From: a virus
Length of the DNA stretch: 64,000 nucleotides
IMG/VR virus record: IMGVR_UViG_3300020055_000004
Reading direction: 5' to 3' (one strand)
Shown: in pieces, positions 31,009 to 41,067 of the stretch
How positions within the stretch are numbered: the first letter of the stretch is position 1
Layout: each line of letters begins with the position of its first letter
Program-made: the position numbers and the translations under genes
The notes under the pieces: model-generated
The model's database searches: none
Seen by the model: only the letters and a program-made list of their open reading frames with translations
Told to the model about the DNA's origin: nothing

Positions 31009-31592
31009 TGCCTTCTATCCATTTCAATTACGGCAATTGGTGGAATTGGGCTGACTATCCCGATCAAAAGGTAGTATTTGATGGGCCTACGAAAACCATA
31101 TTCGTAAGTGAAGGTGTTACAGAACTTGATGTAAAGGTTGATATCTATTCTGCATGGAAAGAGTGGAGTATCTATTCTCCAGAACAAGGCACGGCATCGA
31201 CGTGGCCAAAGGCTATTACAGCAATTGGTGGTGATCCGATTACTGACGATCGTAATGTTGGTACAACATACTTCCTTGAGAATGGATGGAGAATACAGCC
31301 GTTTGCTAGCAAAGATCCATATGTGTTAACAGTAGAAGGAAATATTTACACACGAGAAACCGGACAAAATCCATTCCTTTTTGCCGAAGGTGTATCCACT
31401 TCACTCGTAAGATCTAACATTGTAGATTTGATTAGAGTTGAAGCACTTGGTGTAAATATTACAAATACAGATATTGCTGCGATTGCTGGTAGCGTTTGGG
31501 ATGAGGCGCTTGTTGATCATGTTGCAGCTGGAACTACAGGTAATAAGCTTGGTAAGATCGCAACTAAGATTCAAGATATAGCTTTAAGATAA
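31008..31592 (+). CDS. putative virion protein
   Basis: DIYSAWKEW..FLENGWRI motif shared with the N-terminus of 25587; IAGSVWDE. Confidence 0.55.
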   Translation: MPSIHFNYGNWWNWADYPDQKVVFDGPTKTIFVSEGVTELDVKVDIYSAWKEWSIYSPEQGTASTWPKAITAIGGDPITDDRNVGTTYFLENGWRIQPFASKDPYVLTVEGNIYTRETGQNPFLFAEGVSTSLVRSNIVDLIRVEALGVNITNTDIAAIAGSVWDEALVDHVAAGTTGNKLGKIATKIQDIALR

Positions 31593-31598
31593 AATAGA

Positions 31599-31606
31599 TA
31601 TAAATA
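31599..31606 (+). promoter_or_regulatory. late promoter TATAAATA
   Basis: exact consensus. Confidence 0.8.
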
Positions 31607-31622
31607 GATCATGGAGAATAAT

Positions 31623-31844
31623 ATGACAAATGTAACAGATTTTATTCAATCAGCAGTAACTGACAAACCAGTTGCAGCTCAGAAAGCTTTTGCAGCAGCT
31701 ATGGACGATAGAATTCAAGATGCCTTGACAGCTAAATATGATGAGGTATCTCAACAGGTTTTCAATGCTACTTATGATGAGCAAGAAGTAGAAGTTGACG
31801 AACCAACAGATTTAGAAACAGAAATGGAAGATAACGATGTCTGA
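31623..31844 (+). CDS. gp67: prohead core protein gp67-like
   Basis: small acidic protein (AFAAAMDDRIQDAL) upstream of gp21; GGAG SD before 31623. Confidence 0.6.
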   Translation: MTNVTDFIQSAVTDKPVAAQKAFAAAMDDRIQDALTAKYDEVSQQVFNATYDEQEVEVDEPTDLETEMEDNDV

Positions 31845-32604
31845 TATACTTAACAACTTACTTGAAAAATTCAAGAAGGTCGATGGAGGACCTCTTGATC
31901 CTCAGCGTTCTGGTGCTGATGGCCATGAAGACGATTTTATTGGAAAGCATATCGATAATATCGAAGTAACTGACGGGCCTGGTATTGAAAAAGAAAAAGG
32001 GCATCCGGCTAATGCTGGCGAAAAGTCAAAGACAGCTAAGCGCGCTCCTCATAAAGGATATGATAAGCCAGAAGACGAAGAAGTATATGAATCAGCGGAT
32101 GAAGGATATGATATCGAAGATTACTATGATATCGATGAAGAAGAAGATATTGATGTCGATATGGATCTTATAAAAGAAGATGCAGTATTCTTTATGCAAA
32201 TCATTGACGAAGCAGTCGCTGAATATATCGAAGAAGAAGCTGACGAAGAAGAAAAAGAAATGTTAGAAGAAATGATGTCAACTGATGAAGGCATCATGGA
32301 ATTATTGGACGCTTTGTTTGAAGAAGAGAAAGATTGTGATTGCTGTGGTAAACCAATGTCTAAATGCGATTGTGATGATGATGATGACGACGATGATGAC
32401 GATGCCGTCATCGACGCTAAGCCTAAGCTGAAAGGTCAAAAAGGTGGAAAACAAGATGCAGCTGAAGGTTACGGTAAGAAGAAAGTAAAAGAAGACATCG
32501 AACGAAAGTCAGATGTCAAAATGATTAAAACAAAAACACCTGAAGGTAAAGTTGTTTGGAAAAAGCAACGCGGTGAAACTGAAGTAAGTAAAGCGACTGA
32601 CTAA
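31837..32604 (+). CDS. highly acidic prohead-core-like protein
   Basis: very Asp/Glu-rich, CDCC..CDC followed by poly-Asp; lies in the head-core cluster. Confidence 0.5.
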   Translation: MSDILNNLLEKFKKVDGGPLDPQRSGADGHEDDFIGKHIDNIEVTDGPGIEKEKGHPANAGEKSKTAKRAPHKGYDKPEDEEVYESADEGYDIEDYYDIDEEEDIDVDMDLIKEDAVFFMQIIDEAVAEYIEEEADEEEKEMLEEMMSTDEGIMELLDALFEEEKDCDCCGKPMSKCDCDDDDDDDDDDAVIDAKPKLKGQKGGKQDAAEGYGKKKVKEDIERKSDVKMIKTKTPEGKVVWKKQRGETEVSKATD

Positions 32605-33320
32605 TGGTTGCTAGTTATTGGCCAGATGATTTTAGTATTAATATTGCTCGAGGTATTGTAAAAGGTACTTCGAGCAATCATAAGTTTGGAGCTGTACCTC
32701 AGATGAGTAACTCCAATACTGGTACTATTTGGGATATAAATGATACAGTTTATCCGTGGTCTGCATTTGACGTTGCAAATACTGCAGTTATTCCTGCAGT
32801 TGATGTAGGTGATAATGGAAAAACTGTTACAGTGCAAGGTTTAGATCAAAATTATAATTTTGCTGAAGAAACTTTTGTAGTGTCATCAGCTGGATCTACT
32901 ACAGGTTCAGTTGAATTTAAAAGAATTAATAGAGCATTCATAAGTGCTGGTACAGATAATACAGCGAATGTAAATATAACATATAATGGAACAACTGTTG
33001 CAAGAATAGGTGCAGATAATGGTCAAACACTTATGAGTGTATATACTGTACCAGCCAATACAGATGTATTTTTAATGAAGTTTGTTGCATCAGCTAGTGC
33101 TGATGCTTCTTTATTTTTTAGACGTAGAAACTTTAATGAAAATGCATTTAGAATTGCACACACTGGTGAATTAGTAAATTTCTATGAGTATGAATTTGAA
33201 GTGCCATTAAAATTTGCAGAAAAAACAGATATCGATGTACGAGCGATAACAGGTACAAATAATGCTAGAATTACATGTTGTTTTGACATGGTACTCATAG
33301 AGCAAGGACTAGGATCATGA
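32604..33320 (+). CDS. hypothetical protein, probably structural
   Basis: 238-aa ORF coupled by TAATG. Confidence 0.5.
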   Translation: MVASYWPDDFSINIARGIVKGTSSNHKFGAVPQMSNSNTGTIWDINDTVYPWSAFDVANTAVIPAVDVGDNGKTVTVQGLDQNYNFAEETFVVSSAGSTTGSVEFKRINRAFISAGTDNTANVNITYNGTTVARIGADNGQTLMSVYTVPANTDVFLMKFVASASADASLFFRRRNFNENAFRIAHTGELVNFYEYEFEVPLKFAEKTDIDVRAITGTNNARITCCFDMVLIEQGLGS

Positions 33321-33553
33321 TTTTAAAACTAAAGAGCGCAGAAATTAATTTGGCGACAGCAAACGATGTAAGTACTGCTACAATTGTTCGATGCTATAAT
33401 TCAGATTCTGCTGACCACGTAATTACAAACAGTAATGGTTTTACTGTCACGCTGCCAGGCGGTGCTATTGCTTTTATAGACAAGCTACCGACTGAAACTC
33501 TGATAGCCGATGCAAATGTACTAGCTGTTTCAGTTAGCTACAACATCTCGTAA
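33317..33553 (+). CDS. small hypothetical protein upstream of gp21
   Basis: ATGA overlap; 78 aa. Confidence 0.55.
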   Translation: MILKLKSAEINLATANDVSTATIVRCYNSDSADHVITNSNGFTVTLPGGAIAFIDKLPTETLIADANVLAVSVSYNIS

Positions 33554-33562
33554 GGAAAGGAT

Positions 33563-34225
33563 ATGAAGCTAATAACAGAAATAACCGAAGGCCTTCAAGT
33601 AATTACCGAAGAAAATAATGGTAAGAAAACAATGTTTATCGAAGGCATTTTTCTTCAAGGTAATATTGTTAATAGAAACGGCCGGCGCTATCCTACTGAG
33701 ACACTACAAAAAGAAGTAGGCCGATATATGGCTGAGTCAGTGCAAAAAGGTCGAGCATACGGAGAACTTGGTCATCCTGATGGTCCGGGTATTAATCTAG
33801 ATCGAGTCTCACATATTATTACCGATCTTCGTCAAGAAGGCGATAACTTTATCGGTAAAGCAAAAATTTCTTCTACACCTATGGGTCAAATCGTCGAGGG
33901 TCTTCTCTCAGATGGAGCTCAGCTTGGTGTATCATCACGCGGAATGGGTTCTATCAAAGAAGGTAAAGACGGCGTTGCAGAAGTTCAAGAAGATTTTTAC
34001 TTGGCAACTGCAGCTGACATCGTTGCTGATCCATCGGCACCAGATGCATTTGTAAATGGCATCATGGAAGGTGTGGAATGGGTGTGGAATCAAGACAAGT
34101 TAGTGGCTATGCAAGTAGAAGAAATGGAACGTCAGGTTGAAAAAGCTGCACGTAACAAGAAACTAAATGAACAGAAAAAGCTACAAATGTTCGAACGTTT
34201 CATCAATGAGATTTCAAAAGTCTAA
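33563..34225 (+). CDS. gp21: prohead protease gp21
   Basis: NRNGRRYP, GELGHP, GVSSRGMGS, DIVADPSAPDA. Confidence 0.97.
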   Translation: MKLITEITEGLQVITEENNGKKTMFIEGIFLQGNIVNRNGRRYPTETLQKEVGRYMAESVQKGRAYGELGHPDGPGINLDRVSHIITDLRQEGDNFIGKAKISSTPMGQIVEGLLSDGAQLGVSSRGMGSIKEGKDGVAEVQEDFYLATAADIVADPSAPDAFVNGIMEGVEWVWNQDKLVAMQVEEMERQVEKAARNKKLNEQKKLQMFERFINEISKV

Positions 34226-34229
34226 ATTG

Positions 34230-34237
34230 TATAAATA
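34230..34237 (+). promoter_or_regulatory. late promoter TATAAATA
   Basis: exact consensus upstream of gp22. Confidence 0.85.
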
Positions 34238-34275
34238 GTAATTACTAGATTAAAATACCTAGGGAGATATATCTA

Positions 34276-35331
34276 ATGTCTGAAGAAATGAATTACGAAG
34301 TAGAAGAGACAGTAGATGTTGTTGAGCAAGAGGAATCTCTTGAAGAAGCATCTGCTGGTCAAGCTACTCTCAAAGTTTCTGCCACTAAGACTCAAATGCT
34401 TGGCGATTTGATGTCTAAAGTAGCTGGCATGACAAAGCAGGATCTTTCTGCTTTTCTTGACAAAACTCTAGCCCAAGTTGGTAAGGAAGCTGATTCCGTA
34501 CCTGATACTTCTGGCAAGAATGCGTCATCAGTTTCAAACAGCGGCGCTGGCACTCCTTCGCCTCGTGTTGCTGTGCCTGCCAAGGCAATGAAAGAAGATC
34601 TTGAAGACCTCTTCGGTGATCAAGAAGATCTTTCAGAAGATTTCCGTACTCGCGCTACTACTATCTTTGAAGCTGCCGTTAATAATCGAGTTCAACTCGA
34701 AATGGTTCGCATTGAAGAAGAGAATGAAGCCAAGTTGGAAGAACAAGTTACTGAGTCTATTGAAGAGCTTCATGGCCAAGTAGAAAAGTATATGGATTAT
34801 GTTGTTGAAAAGTGGATGGAAGAAAATGCCGTCGCCATCGAAAACAATTTCCGAGTACAAGCTACTGAGTCGTTCATCGATGGACTTAAGACTCTTTTCG
34901 CCGAGAATTACGTTGAAGTTCCCGAAGAAAAGATTGATCTCGTTGCTGAACTCGAAGAGCGACTCGACGAGCTCGAAGAATCCTTAGAAGTTGCTGAAGC
35001 AAAAAATGTTGAGCTCACTAAGGTAATTAGCGAAGCTTCTGCAAAAGCCGCCTTCGAAGATGTAACTGAAGGTTTGGTCGATACGCAGGTTGAAAAACTT
35101 CGTGCACTGGCCGAAGGAGTAGAATATTCTACTACTGAGGAATATGCAGAAAAACTCAAGATCATTAAGGAACAGTATTTCACTGAGTCTAAAAAAGAAA
35201 ACGAAGGATCTACTGGTCTAATTAATGAAGAAGTTTCTGTGGGTTCTAATGACGATGTCGAAGATGAGGCTGCTATCCATCCGGATATGCGCCCTTATAT
35301 GGAAAGCATCGCACGGACCATTAGAAAATAA
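34276..35331 (+). CDS. gp22: prohead scaffold protein gp22
   Basis: LSEDFR..IFEAAV..YMDYVVEKWMEEN; synteny. Confidence 0.93.
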   Translation: MSEEMNYEVEETVDVVEQEESLEEASAGQATLKVSATKTQMLGDLMSKVAGMTKQDLSAFLDKTLAQVGKEADSVPDTSGKNASSVSNSGAGTPSPRVAVPAKAMKEDLEDLFGDQEDLSEDFRTRATTIFEAAVNNRVQLEMVRIEEENEAKLEEQVTESIEELHGQVEKYMDYVVEKWMEENAVAIENNFRVQATESFIDGLKTLFAENYVEVPEEKIDLVAELEERLDELEESLEVAEAKNVELTKVISEASAKAAFEDVTEGLVDTQVEKLRALAEGVEYSTTEEYAEKLKIIKEQYFTESKKENEGSTGLINEEVSVGSNDDVEDEAAIHPDMRPYMESIARTIRK

Positions 35332-35337
35332 CTTTTT

Positions 35338-35345
35338 TATAAATA
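35338..35345 (+). promoter_or_regulatory. late promoter TATAAATA
   Basis: exact consensus upstream of gp23. Confidence 0.85.
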
Positions 35346-35384
35346 AACCAAGTAAATCCCAAATTCAACAGGAGTTAAACTACA

Positions 35385-36716
35385 ATGAATTTAAATGAAC
35401 AAATTCAAACTAAGTGGGCACCAGTGATCTCACATCCTGATCTTCCGGAAATCGCTGATCCTCACCGTCGTCAAGTTACCGCTATGGTACTTGAAAACAC
35501 TGAGCGTGCGCTTCGTGAATCAGCTAGTCAAGGTATGTCTCAATCTTTGACCGAAACACCTACCATGAACACTTTTGGTGGCATGGGTTCAGGCCAAACA
35601 GCTGTTAATGCTATTCAAGGTTTTGATCCTATCCTTATCAGCCTCGTTCGTCGCACACTGCCTAACTTGATGGCATACGACGTTTGTGGTGTACAGCCTA
35701 TGACTGGTCCTACTGGTCTCATCTTCGCAATGCGATCTATGTACGCTGCTCCCGATCCTACTGATCAGACTGGTTGGACAGAAGCTATGTACGACGAAGC
35801 CGATACAAACTTCTCTGGTGCCGATGCTCCTGCAGCTGGTGCAAACTCAGAAGGTGCACCCGGTTTCCCAATTACAACTGCTGATGCAGAAGCTTTGGGT
35901 ACAGATGCTGATGCAAACACAACATTCGGTCAGATGGGTTTCTCAATTGATAAAGTAACGGTAACCGCTGGAAGCCGTGCTTTGAAAGCTGAGTACTCAT
36001 TGGAACTCGCTCAAGACTTGAAAGCAGTTCATGGTCTTGACGCTGAGTCAGAACTTAGCAACATCCTTGCTGCTGAGATCCTCGCTGAAATCAACCGAGA
36101 AGTTATCCGTACTGTAAACAACTCAGCTGTTGTTGGTTCACAAGGTACAGTAACTACTAACGGAACTTTTGACCTCGACGTTGACGCTTCTGGTCGTTGG
36201 TCAGTTGAAAAGTTCAAGGGCCTCATGTTCCACATTGAGCGTGAAGCTAACAAAGTTGCTAAAGACACTCGTCGTGGTAAGGCAAACATCATCATCTGTT
36301 CTTCTGACGTAGCGTCAGCTCTTCAGATGGCTGGTGTCCTTGACTACACACCTGCTCTTAATAGCAACAGCCTCGCAATCGACGATACAGGTAACACATT
36401 CGCTGGTGTATTGAATGGTCGTTATCGCGTATACATCGATCCTTATGCAACTACTAACTACATGAACATCGGCTATAAGGGTTCTGGCGCATTCGACGCT
36501 GGTATCTTCTACTGCCCATATGTTCCTCTGCAAATGGTTCGTGCAGTTGATCAGAACACATTCCAGCCTCTGATCGGCTTCAAGACTCGATACGGTATGG
36601 TTGCTAACCCCTTCGCTACTTCAGTACAGGGTACTCCTGCTGTTGACCGAACTGGTGCACTCAACGCACAGTCTAACGCTTACTATCGTAAGTCTACTGT
36701 TGCTAACCTGCTATAA
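35385..36716 (+). CDS. gp23: major capsid protein gp23
   Basis: GVQPMTGPTGLIFAMR..ELAQDLKAVHGLDAE..FQPLIGFKTRYG. Confidence 0.98.
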   Translation: MNLNEQIQTKWAPVISHPDLPEIADPHRRQVTAMVLENTERALRESASQGMSQSLTETPTMNTFGGMGSGQTAVNAIQGFDPILISLVRRTLPNLMAYDVCGVQPMTGPTGLIFAMRSMYAAPDPTDQTGWTEAMYDEADTNFSGADAPAAGANSEGAPGFPITTADAEALGTDADANTTFGQMGFSIDKVTVTAGSRALKAEYSLELAQDLKAVHGLDAESELSNILAAEILAEINREVIRTVNNSAVVGSQGTVTTNGTFDLDVDASGRWSVEKFKGLMFHIEREANKVAKDTRRGKANIIICSSDVASALQMAGVLDYTPALNSNSLAIDDTGNTFAGVLNGRYRVYIDPYATTNYMNIGYKGSGAFDAGIFYCPYVPLQMVRAVDQNTFQPLIGFKTRYGMVANPFATSVQGTPAVDRTGALNAQSNAYYRKSTVANLL

Positions 36717-36738
36717 TAAAAAAACCACCGCAGGGTTT

Positions 36739-36765
36739 GAGGGAGCTTCGGCTCCCTCTTTTTTT
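36739..36765 (+). terminator. intrinsic terminator after gp23
   Basis: GAGGGAGC-TTCG-GCTCCCTC followed by T7. Confidence 0.92.
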
Positions 36766-36770
36766 GCCTG

Positions 36771-36799
36771 TGTACAATGTATAAATAACTCTGTATAAT
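36771..36799 (+). promoter_or_regulatory. sigma70-like promoter TGTACA-N17-TATAAT with a late TATAAATA (36780-36787) in the spacer
   Basis: motifs and 17-bp spacing read directly. Confidence 0.7.
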
Positions 36800-36821
36800 C
36801 TATTCATGGACATGATCTTGT

Positions 36822-37328
36822 ATGGCTGAATTTAACAAGAATATGCTATCGCCACTTGGCTTTAGTTTCCACATTAAAAAATTACCAGAGTTTAATCACT
36901 TCTGTCAATCTGTTACATTGCCTGGTAGTACACTCGGTTATACTGAACGTGCTACACCATTTAAAACGATTCCTGTTTATGGTGATCATCTTACGTTTGG
37001 TGAATTGTCTGCTGAATTTAAAGTAAATGAAGATATGGGCAACTATATTGAAATATATAATTGGCTGAAAGGAGTTGGTTTTCCTGATGAATTCCAACAA
37101 TATAAAACATTAGCGAATAATAAGCCGGAATCTGGTGAAGGTATTGAATCTGATGCATATATTATGGTTCTTTCTAGTAATATGCAACCTATCGTTAGAA
37201 TTGATATTGAAGATATGTTTCCGGTTAGTTTATCAGATCTAAGGTGGGATTCGCGGGATTCTGCTGTTGAATATATTGAAGCCACCGTTCAATTTAAGTT
37301 CTTAAAATATTCATTTACAAGTGTATAA
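36822..37328 (+). CDS. gp3: tail completion/sheath stabiliser gp3
   Basis: FCQSVTLPG..GDHLTF..VNEDMGNYIEIYNW..FPVSLS. Confidence 0.85.
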   Translation: MAEFNKNMLSPLGFSFHIKKLPEFNHFCQSVTLPGSTLGYTERATPFKTIPVYGDHLTFGELSAEFKVNEDMGNYIEIYNWLKGVGFPDEFQQYKTLANNKPESGEGIESDAYIMVLSSNMQPIVRIDIEDMFPVSLSDLRWDSRDSAVEYIEATVQFKFLKYSFTSV

Positions 37329-37342
37329 AAGTGTGGTAGAAT
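37314..37342 (+). promoter_or_regulatory. sigma70-like promoter TTTACA-N17-TAGAAT
   Basis: same architecture as at 45068, 53096 and 63812; upstream of uvsY. Confidence 0.7.
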
Positions 37343-37370
37343 AACACTTTAAAGTCCATAAAAGTGCATT

Positions 37371-37805
37371 ATGACATTAGATGAAATATTCGATTTGTGG
37401 AGTGATGATGCCTCCATTGATCAAACTGAACTTGGTAATGCGGCACTTGAACTCGCCAAACTTCACCAAAAATATTATAAAATCCTGAGTCAGGAGAGAC
37501 TCTTACATAAAAAGCTTGAGATGGAACTTAAGCAATTAAAACTTGAAAAACAGGAGTTTTATGGAGATGGACCTACTCAAGAACAAATTGACAAAGGTTG
37601 GCAGCTTCCTGCAAAAGGAAGAATCCTCAAAGCTGATGTTGGAAATTATGTTGATAGTGATTCTGATGTCATTAACCATACCCTTAAACTAGCCTATCAG
37701 GCCGAGAAAGTAAATCTACTTACTGATATAATTAAAACAATCTCCAATCGTGGCTTTCATATTAAGTCTGCTATTGATTGGGAGAGATTCAAGGTCGGTG
37801 CGTGA
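37371..37805 (+). CDS. uvsY: recombination mediator UvsY
   Basis: LHQKYY..RGFHIKSAIDWERF; upstream of uvsW. Confidence 0.88.
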   Translation: MTLDEIFDLWSDDASIDQTELGNAALELAKLHQKYYKILSQERLLHKKLEMELKQLKLEKQEFYGDGPTQEQIDKGWQLPAKGRILKADVGNYVDSDSDVINHTLKLAYQAEKVNLLTDIIKTISNRGFHIKSAIDWERFKVGA

Positions 37806-39244
37806 TAAGAGTACGTAAAGTAAACGAAGTCTTTAATCAGTTTTTGATTGACGATATGGGAGTTGCACAAGAGCTCTCAGACTACTTTACGTTTAAAGTG
37901 CCTGGTTATCAATTTATGCCTGCTTATAGACATAAAGTTTGGGATGGTAACATTCGTCTCTATAATACCAAAGCTCAAACAATGTACTCTGGCCTAAATA
38001 ACTACGTCGAGATTTTCGCGAAGGAGCGAGGCTATGACGTCACATATGAATACGATAATTCAGCTAATCAATTCTCTGTCGTCGAGGCTAAACAATTCCT
38101 CGCTGACCAAAAGTTTACGCTTGAACCTCGAGACTATCAGATCGAAGCTTTCGTGGATGCTATACGTTATAATCGTGGTCTATTCATTTCTCCCACTGCC
38201 TCTGGCAAATCGTTTATTATATACATGATCATGCGTTGGCATCTTAAGCCAACACTTATCATCGTACCTACCACAACACTCGTTCATCAAATGTATTCTG
38301 ACTTCGAATCATACGGTTTTAACTCTAAAAAATATTGTCATAAGGTGATGGCAGGTAAAGATAAGAATACCGATAAACCAATTGTTATTACTACATGGCA
38401 ATCCATTTATAAATTACGAAAGGATTTCTTTTCTAAATTTGATGTGGTAGTAGGAGACGAAGCTCACCTCTTTAAAGCTAAGTCATTGACTTCGATCATG
38501 ACAAAAATGGAAAATACTAAATACAGATATGGATTCACTGGTACACTTGATGGTACACAAACACATAAGCTAGTACTTGAAGGTTTATTTGGTCCAGCTC
38601 AAAAGGTAACAACTACTAAAGAGTTGATGGATCAAAAACACTTGGCAGATTTTAAGATTAAGATTCTTGCACTTAAGTATCGCGATGAGATACGAAAGAC
38701 AGTAGCCAAGATGAAATACCAAGATGAGATGGACTTTCTTGTATCATATGAACCACGTAATAAGTTTATAAAAAATCTTGCTTTATCATTGGAAGGTAAT
38801 ACACTTCTACTGTTTCAATATGTTGAAAAACATGGTAGAATATTACAAGAAATGATTGAAAGCGAGGCTAAAGATAGAAAGGTATTTTTCATCCACGGAG
38901 GTGTGAAAGGTGAAGAACGAGATGAAATCAGAGGTATCGTCGAGAACGAAACCGATGCAATCATTGTTGCTAGTTATGGTACTTTCTCTACCGGTGTTAA
39001 CATTAGAAATTTACATTCTATCATATTTGCATCACCCTCCAAATCCAAGATTCGAAATCTTCAGTCTATAGGTAGAGGTCTTCGTAAGTCTGATACCAAA
39101 GACTCAGCTGTATTATATGATGTAGCAGATGATCTATCATGGAAGAGCACATCTAATTTTACACTCAAACATCTTATGGAACGTGTTAAAGTATATGACG
39201 AAGAGAAGTTTGACTACAAACTCTATAGTATAGGAATAACGTAG
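37802..39244 (+). CDS. uvsW: RNA-DNA/DNA helicase UvsW (GTG start)
   Basis: SPTASGKS, GDEAH, GFTGT, QSIGRGLR. Confidence 0.95.
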   Translation: MIRVRKVNEVFNQFLIDDMGVAQELSDYFTFKVPGYQFMPAYRHKVWDGNIRLYNTKAQTMYSGLNNYVEIFAKERGYDVTYEYDNSANQFSVVEAKQFLADQKFTLEPRDYQIEAFVDAIRYNRGLFISPTASGKSFIIYMIMRWHLKPTLIIVPTTTLVHQMYSDFESYGFNSKKYCHKVMAGKDKNTDKPIVITTWQSIYKLRKDFFSKFDVVVGDEAHLFKAKSLTSIMTKMENTKYRYGFTGTLDGTQTHKLVLEGLFGPAQKVTTTKELMDQKHLADFKIKILALKYRDEIRKTVAKMKYQDEMDFLVSYEPRNKFIKNLALSLEGNTLLLFQYVEKHGRILQEMIESEAKDRKVFFIHGGVKGEERDEIRGIVENETDAIIVASYGTFSTGVNIRNLHSIIFASPSKSKIRNLQSIGRGLRKSDTKDSAVLYDVADDLSWKSTSNFTLKHLMERVKVYDEEKFDYKLYSIGIT

Positions 39245-39621
39245 TGCATGTAATTATACGACTAAAATCTGGTGAGACTGTAGTAGGTTCTCTTGCCGTC
39301 ACGGAAGAGAATAGTATTGACGTTAAAGATGCATTACTTGTACACTTCACATTTGATCATGATTATCCTGCCATGTATTTTTCAAAGTATTGTCTGTTTA
39401 ATATTTCTTTTGATGTAACATTTCAAAAGTCGGATATCGCAAATATATTTAACGATCCTTTGCCTTCTATGATAGAATTTTATAAAGAGCAATTAGATAA
39501 TTTAAAACAAAACTACGAGATTCGTAAGAGATCTCCTTTTAAGAAAAAAGATAGAGTCGACCACGAACAAATTTTTAAAGCCATGTTCGAAAAAATGAAC
39601 GATGATCCGGAGGTACACTGA
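39244..39621 (+). CDS. hypothetical protein (Sm-like, between uvsW and gp55)
   Basis: IIRLKSGETVVG start; usual position in T4-like phages. Confidence 0.55.
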   Translation: MHVIIRLKSGETVVGSLAVTEENSIDVKDALLVHFTFDHDYPAMYFSKYCLFNISFDVTFQKSDIANIFNDPLPSMIEFYKEQLDNLKQNYEIRKRSPFKKKDRVDHEQIFKAMFEKMNDDPEVH

Positions 39622-40136
39622 TGGCAAACTATATTAACAACAAAGAGTTTTATGCACTCTTGCAAGATTTTAAAGCAAAGTGCAAGGAAGCGGAACTCAA
39701 TAATAAGCCAACGCCGCGTGTCCCTGAAGATATCGGTAAATGTTTTATGATGATCGCTACTAAGCTTTCAACTAAAGCCAATTTTTCTGGTTACACATAT
39801 AAAGATGAAATGATCTGTGATGCTTTAGAAAACTGCGTGGTGGCTGTGCATAGTTTTGATCCGGATAAGTCTAAGAATCCATTTGCTTACTTCACACAGA
39901 TCATTTGGTATGCATTTCTACGTCGTATTGAAAAAGAGAAGAAGCAGACATACGTCAAATATAAGTCGCTCGAACAATTGGTAGTAGATGCAGATTTAAT
40001 GGAAGATGATAACTATAAGAACTTCGATATCACGAATGAGAAAATGAAACCTATTATCGATAAGTTCGAACAGAAAAAAACCAAAAAGAAAGTAGCCTCC
40101 AAAAAGGGAGTAGAAAAATTTACAGATGAAAATTAG
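39621..40136 (+). CDS. gp55: late sigma factor gp55
   Basis: YINNKEF..NFSGYTYKDEMICD..NPFAYFTQI..AFLRRI. Confidence 0.95.
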   Translation: MANYINNKEFYALLQDFKAKCKEAELNNKPTPRVPEDIGKCFMMIATKLSTKANFSGYTYKDEMICDALENCVVAVHSFDPDKSKNPFAYFTQIIWYAFLRRIEKEKKQTYVKYKSLEQLVVDADLMEDDNYKNFDITNEKMKPIIDKFEQKKTKKKVASKKGVEKFTDEN

Positions 40137-41067
40137 AATTGCAGCATCGCCTTCTAAGCCTGTTGCTTCATATAGAATAAGAACAAAATTAATATTTGAA
40201 GATCTACCGCAAATACATGATATAGATTGGTATCCACCAAACAAAGATATTGATAACGCAATTGTATTCATCGATAAAGACAAGCAACGAGATCTTTGGC
40301 CGACAGAGTGGCCAGATTCTACAATTGTAGTATGGGATATGTGTGATTGGTATTTTGATCGATCACCAGATCTTGTAGATTTTCTTTTAAATCGTGTTGA
40401 TTATGTAACCGTTGCTACAGAATATTTGAGTGAAAAATTATTAAAAACGTATGGAGTACAATCTACTGTAATCAAAGATCGATATCAAATAGAACCTATT
40501 TCTTGTTCTTGGCCTGCTAATAATGATTGTATAGAAGTTTTATGGTATGGCAACTCTAATAATATAGATGAAGATGTTTTTATAGAAAGAATATGGGAAC
40601 CTTTTAAAGATTTTGAATTGCCTGTAAATTTTAAAATACTGACGAGTAGTGATTTTAAATTAAAAGAATGCTATCATGATGAAAAAAATACATTAGAATT
40701 AATAACATGGCAACTTGAAAATTGGCAATCATATGTAAAAAACTCTGATTTTGTTTTTATACCAAAACTAAGCGATGATGATTTTAATTTATCGAAAGGA
40801 CATATTAGAGTGATTGACTCCATTATGGCACATTCATTTGTTATAGCAGATGAGATTCCGGCCTATCAAAATTATGCAAACTATGGTAGAATAATACCAC
40901 ACGCAAATTTTGTCGCCGAAACAAGAAGAGCCTTAAATTCGAAATCAGAATCTATACAGAGAATACAAAACGGTCAAGCTTATATTGTTGACAAATATGA
41001 TCGAGCAACATTAATCAAAAAGTGGGAACAAACGTTATTAAGTTATGAAAATCGCCCTAATCACTGA
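40126..41067 (+). CDS. glycosyltransferase-like protein (GT-B)
   Basis: ASYRIR, WDMCD, VTVATEYL, LWYGN, SDFVFIP, K..R..DSI..VIAD..AY. Confidence 0.55.
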   Translation: MKIRIAASPSKPVASYRIRTKLIFEDLPQIHDIDWYPPNKDIDNAIVFIDKDKQRDLWPTEWPDSTIVVWDMCDWYFDRSPDLVDFLLNRVDYVTVATEYLSEKLLKTYGVQSTVIKDRYQIEPISCSWPANNDCIEVLWYGNSNNIDEDVFIERIWEPFKDFELPVNFKILTSSDFKLKECYHDEKNTLELITWQLENWQSYVKNSDFVFIPKLSDDDFNLSKGHIRVIDSIMAHSFVIADEIPAYQNYANYGRIIPHANFVAETRRALNSKSESIQRIQNGQAYIVDKYDRATLIKKWEQTLLSYENRPNH

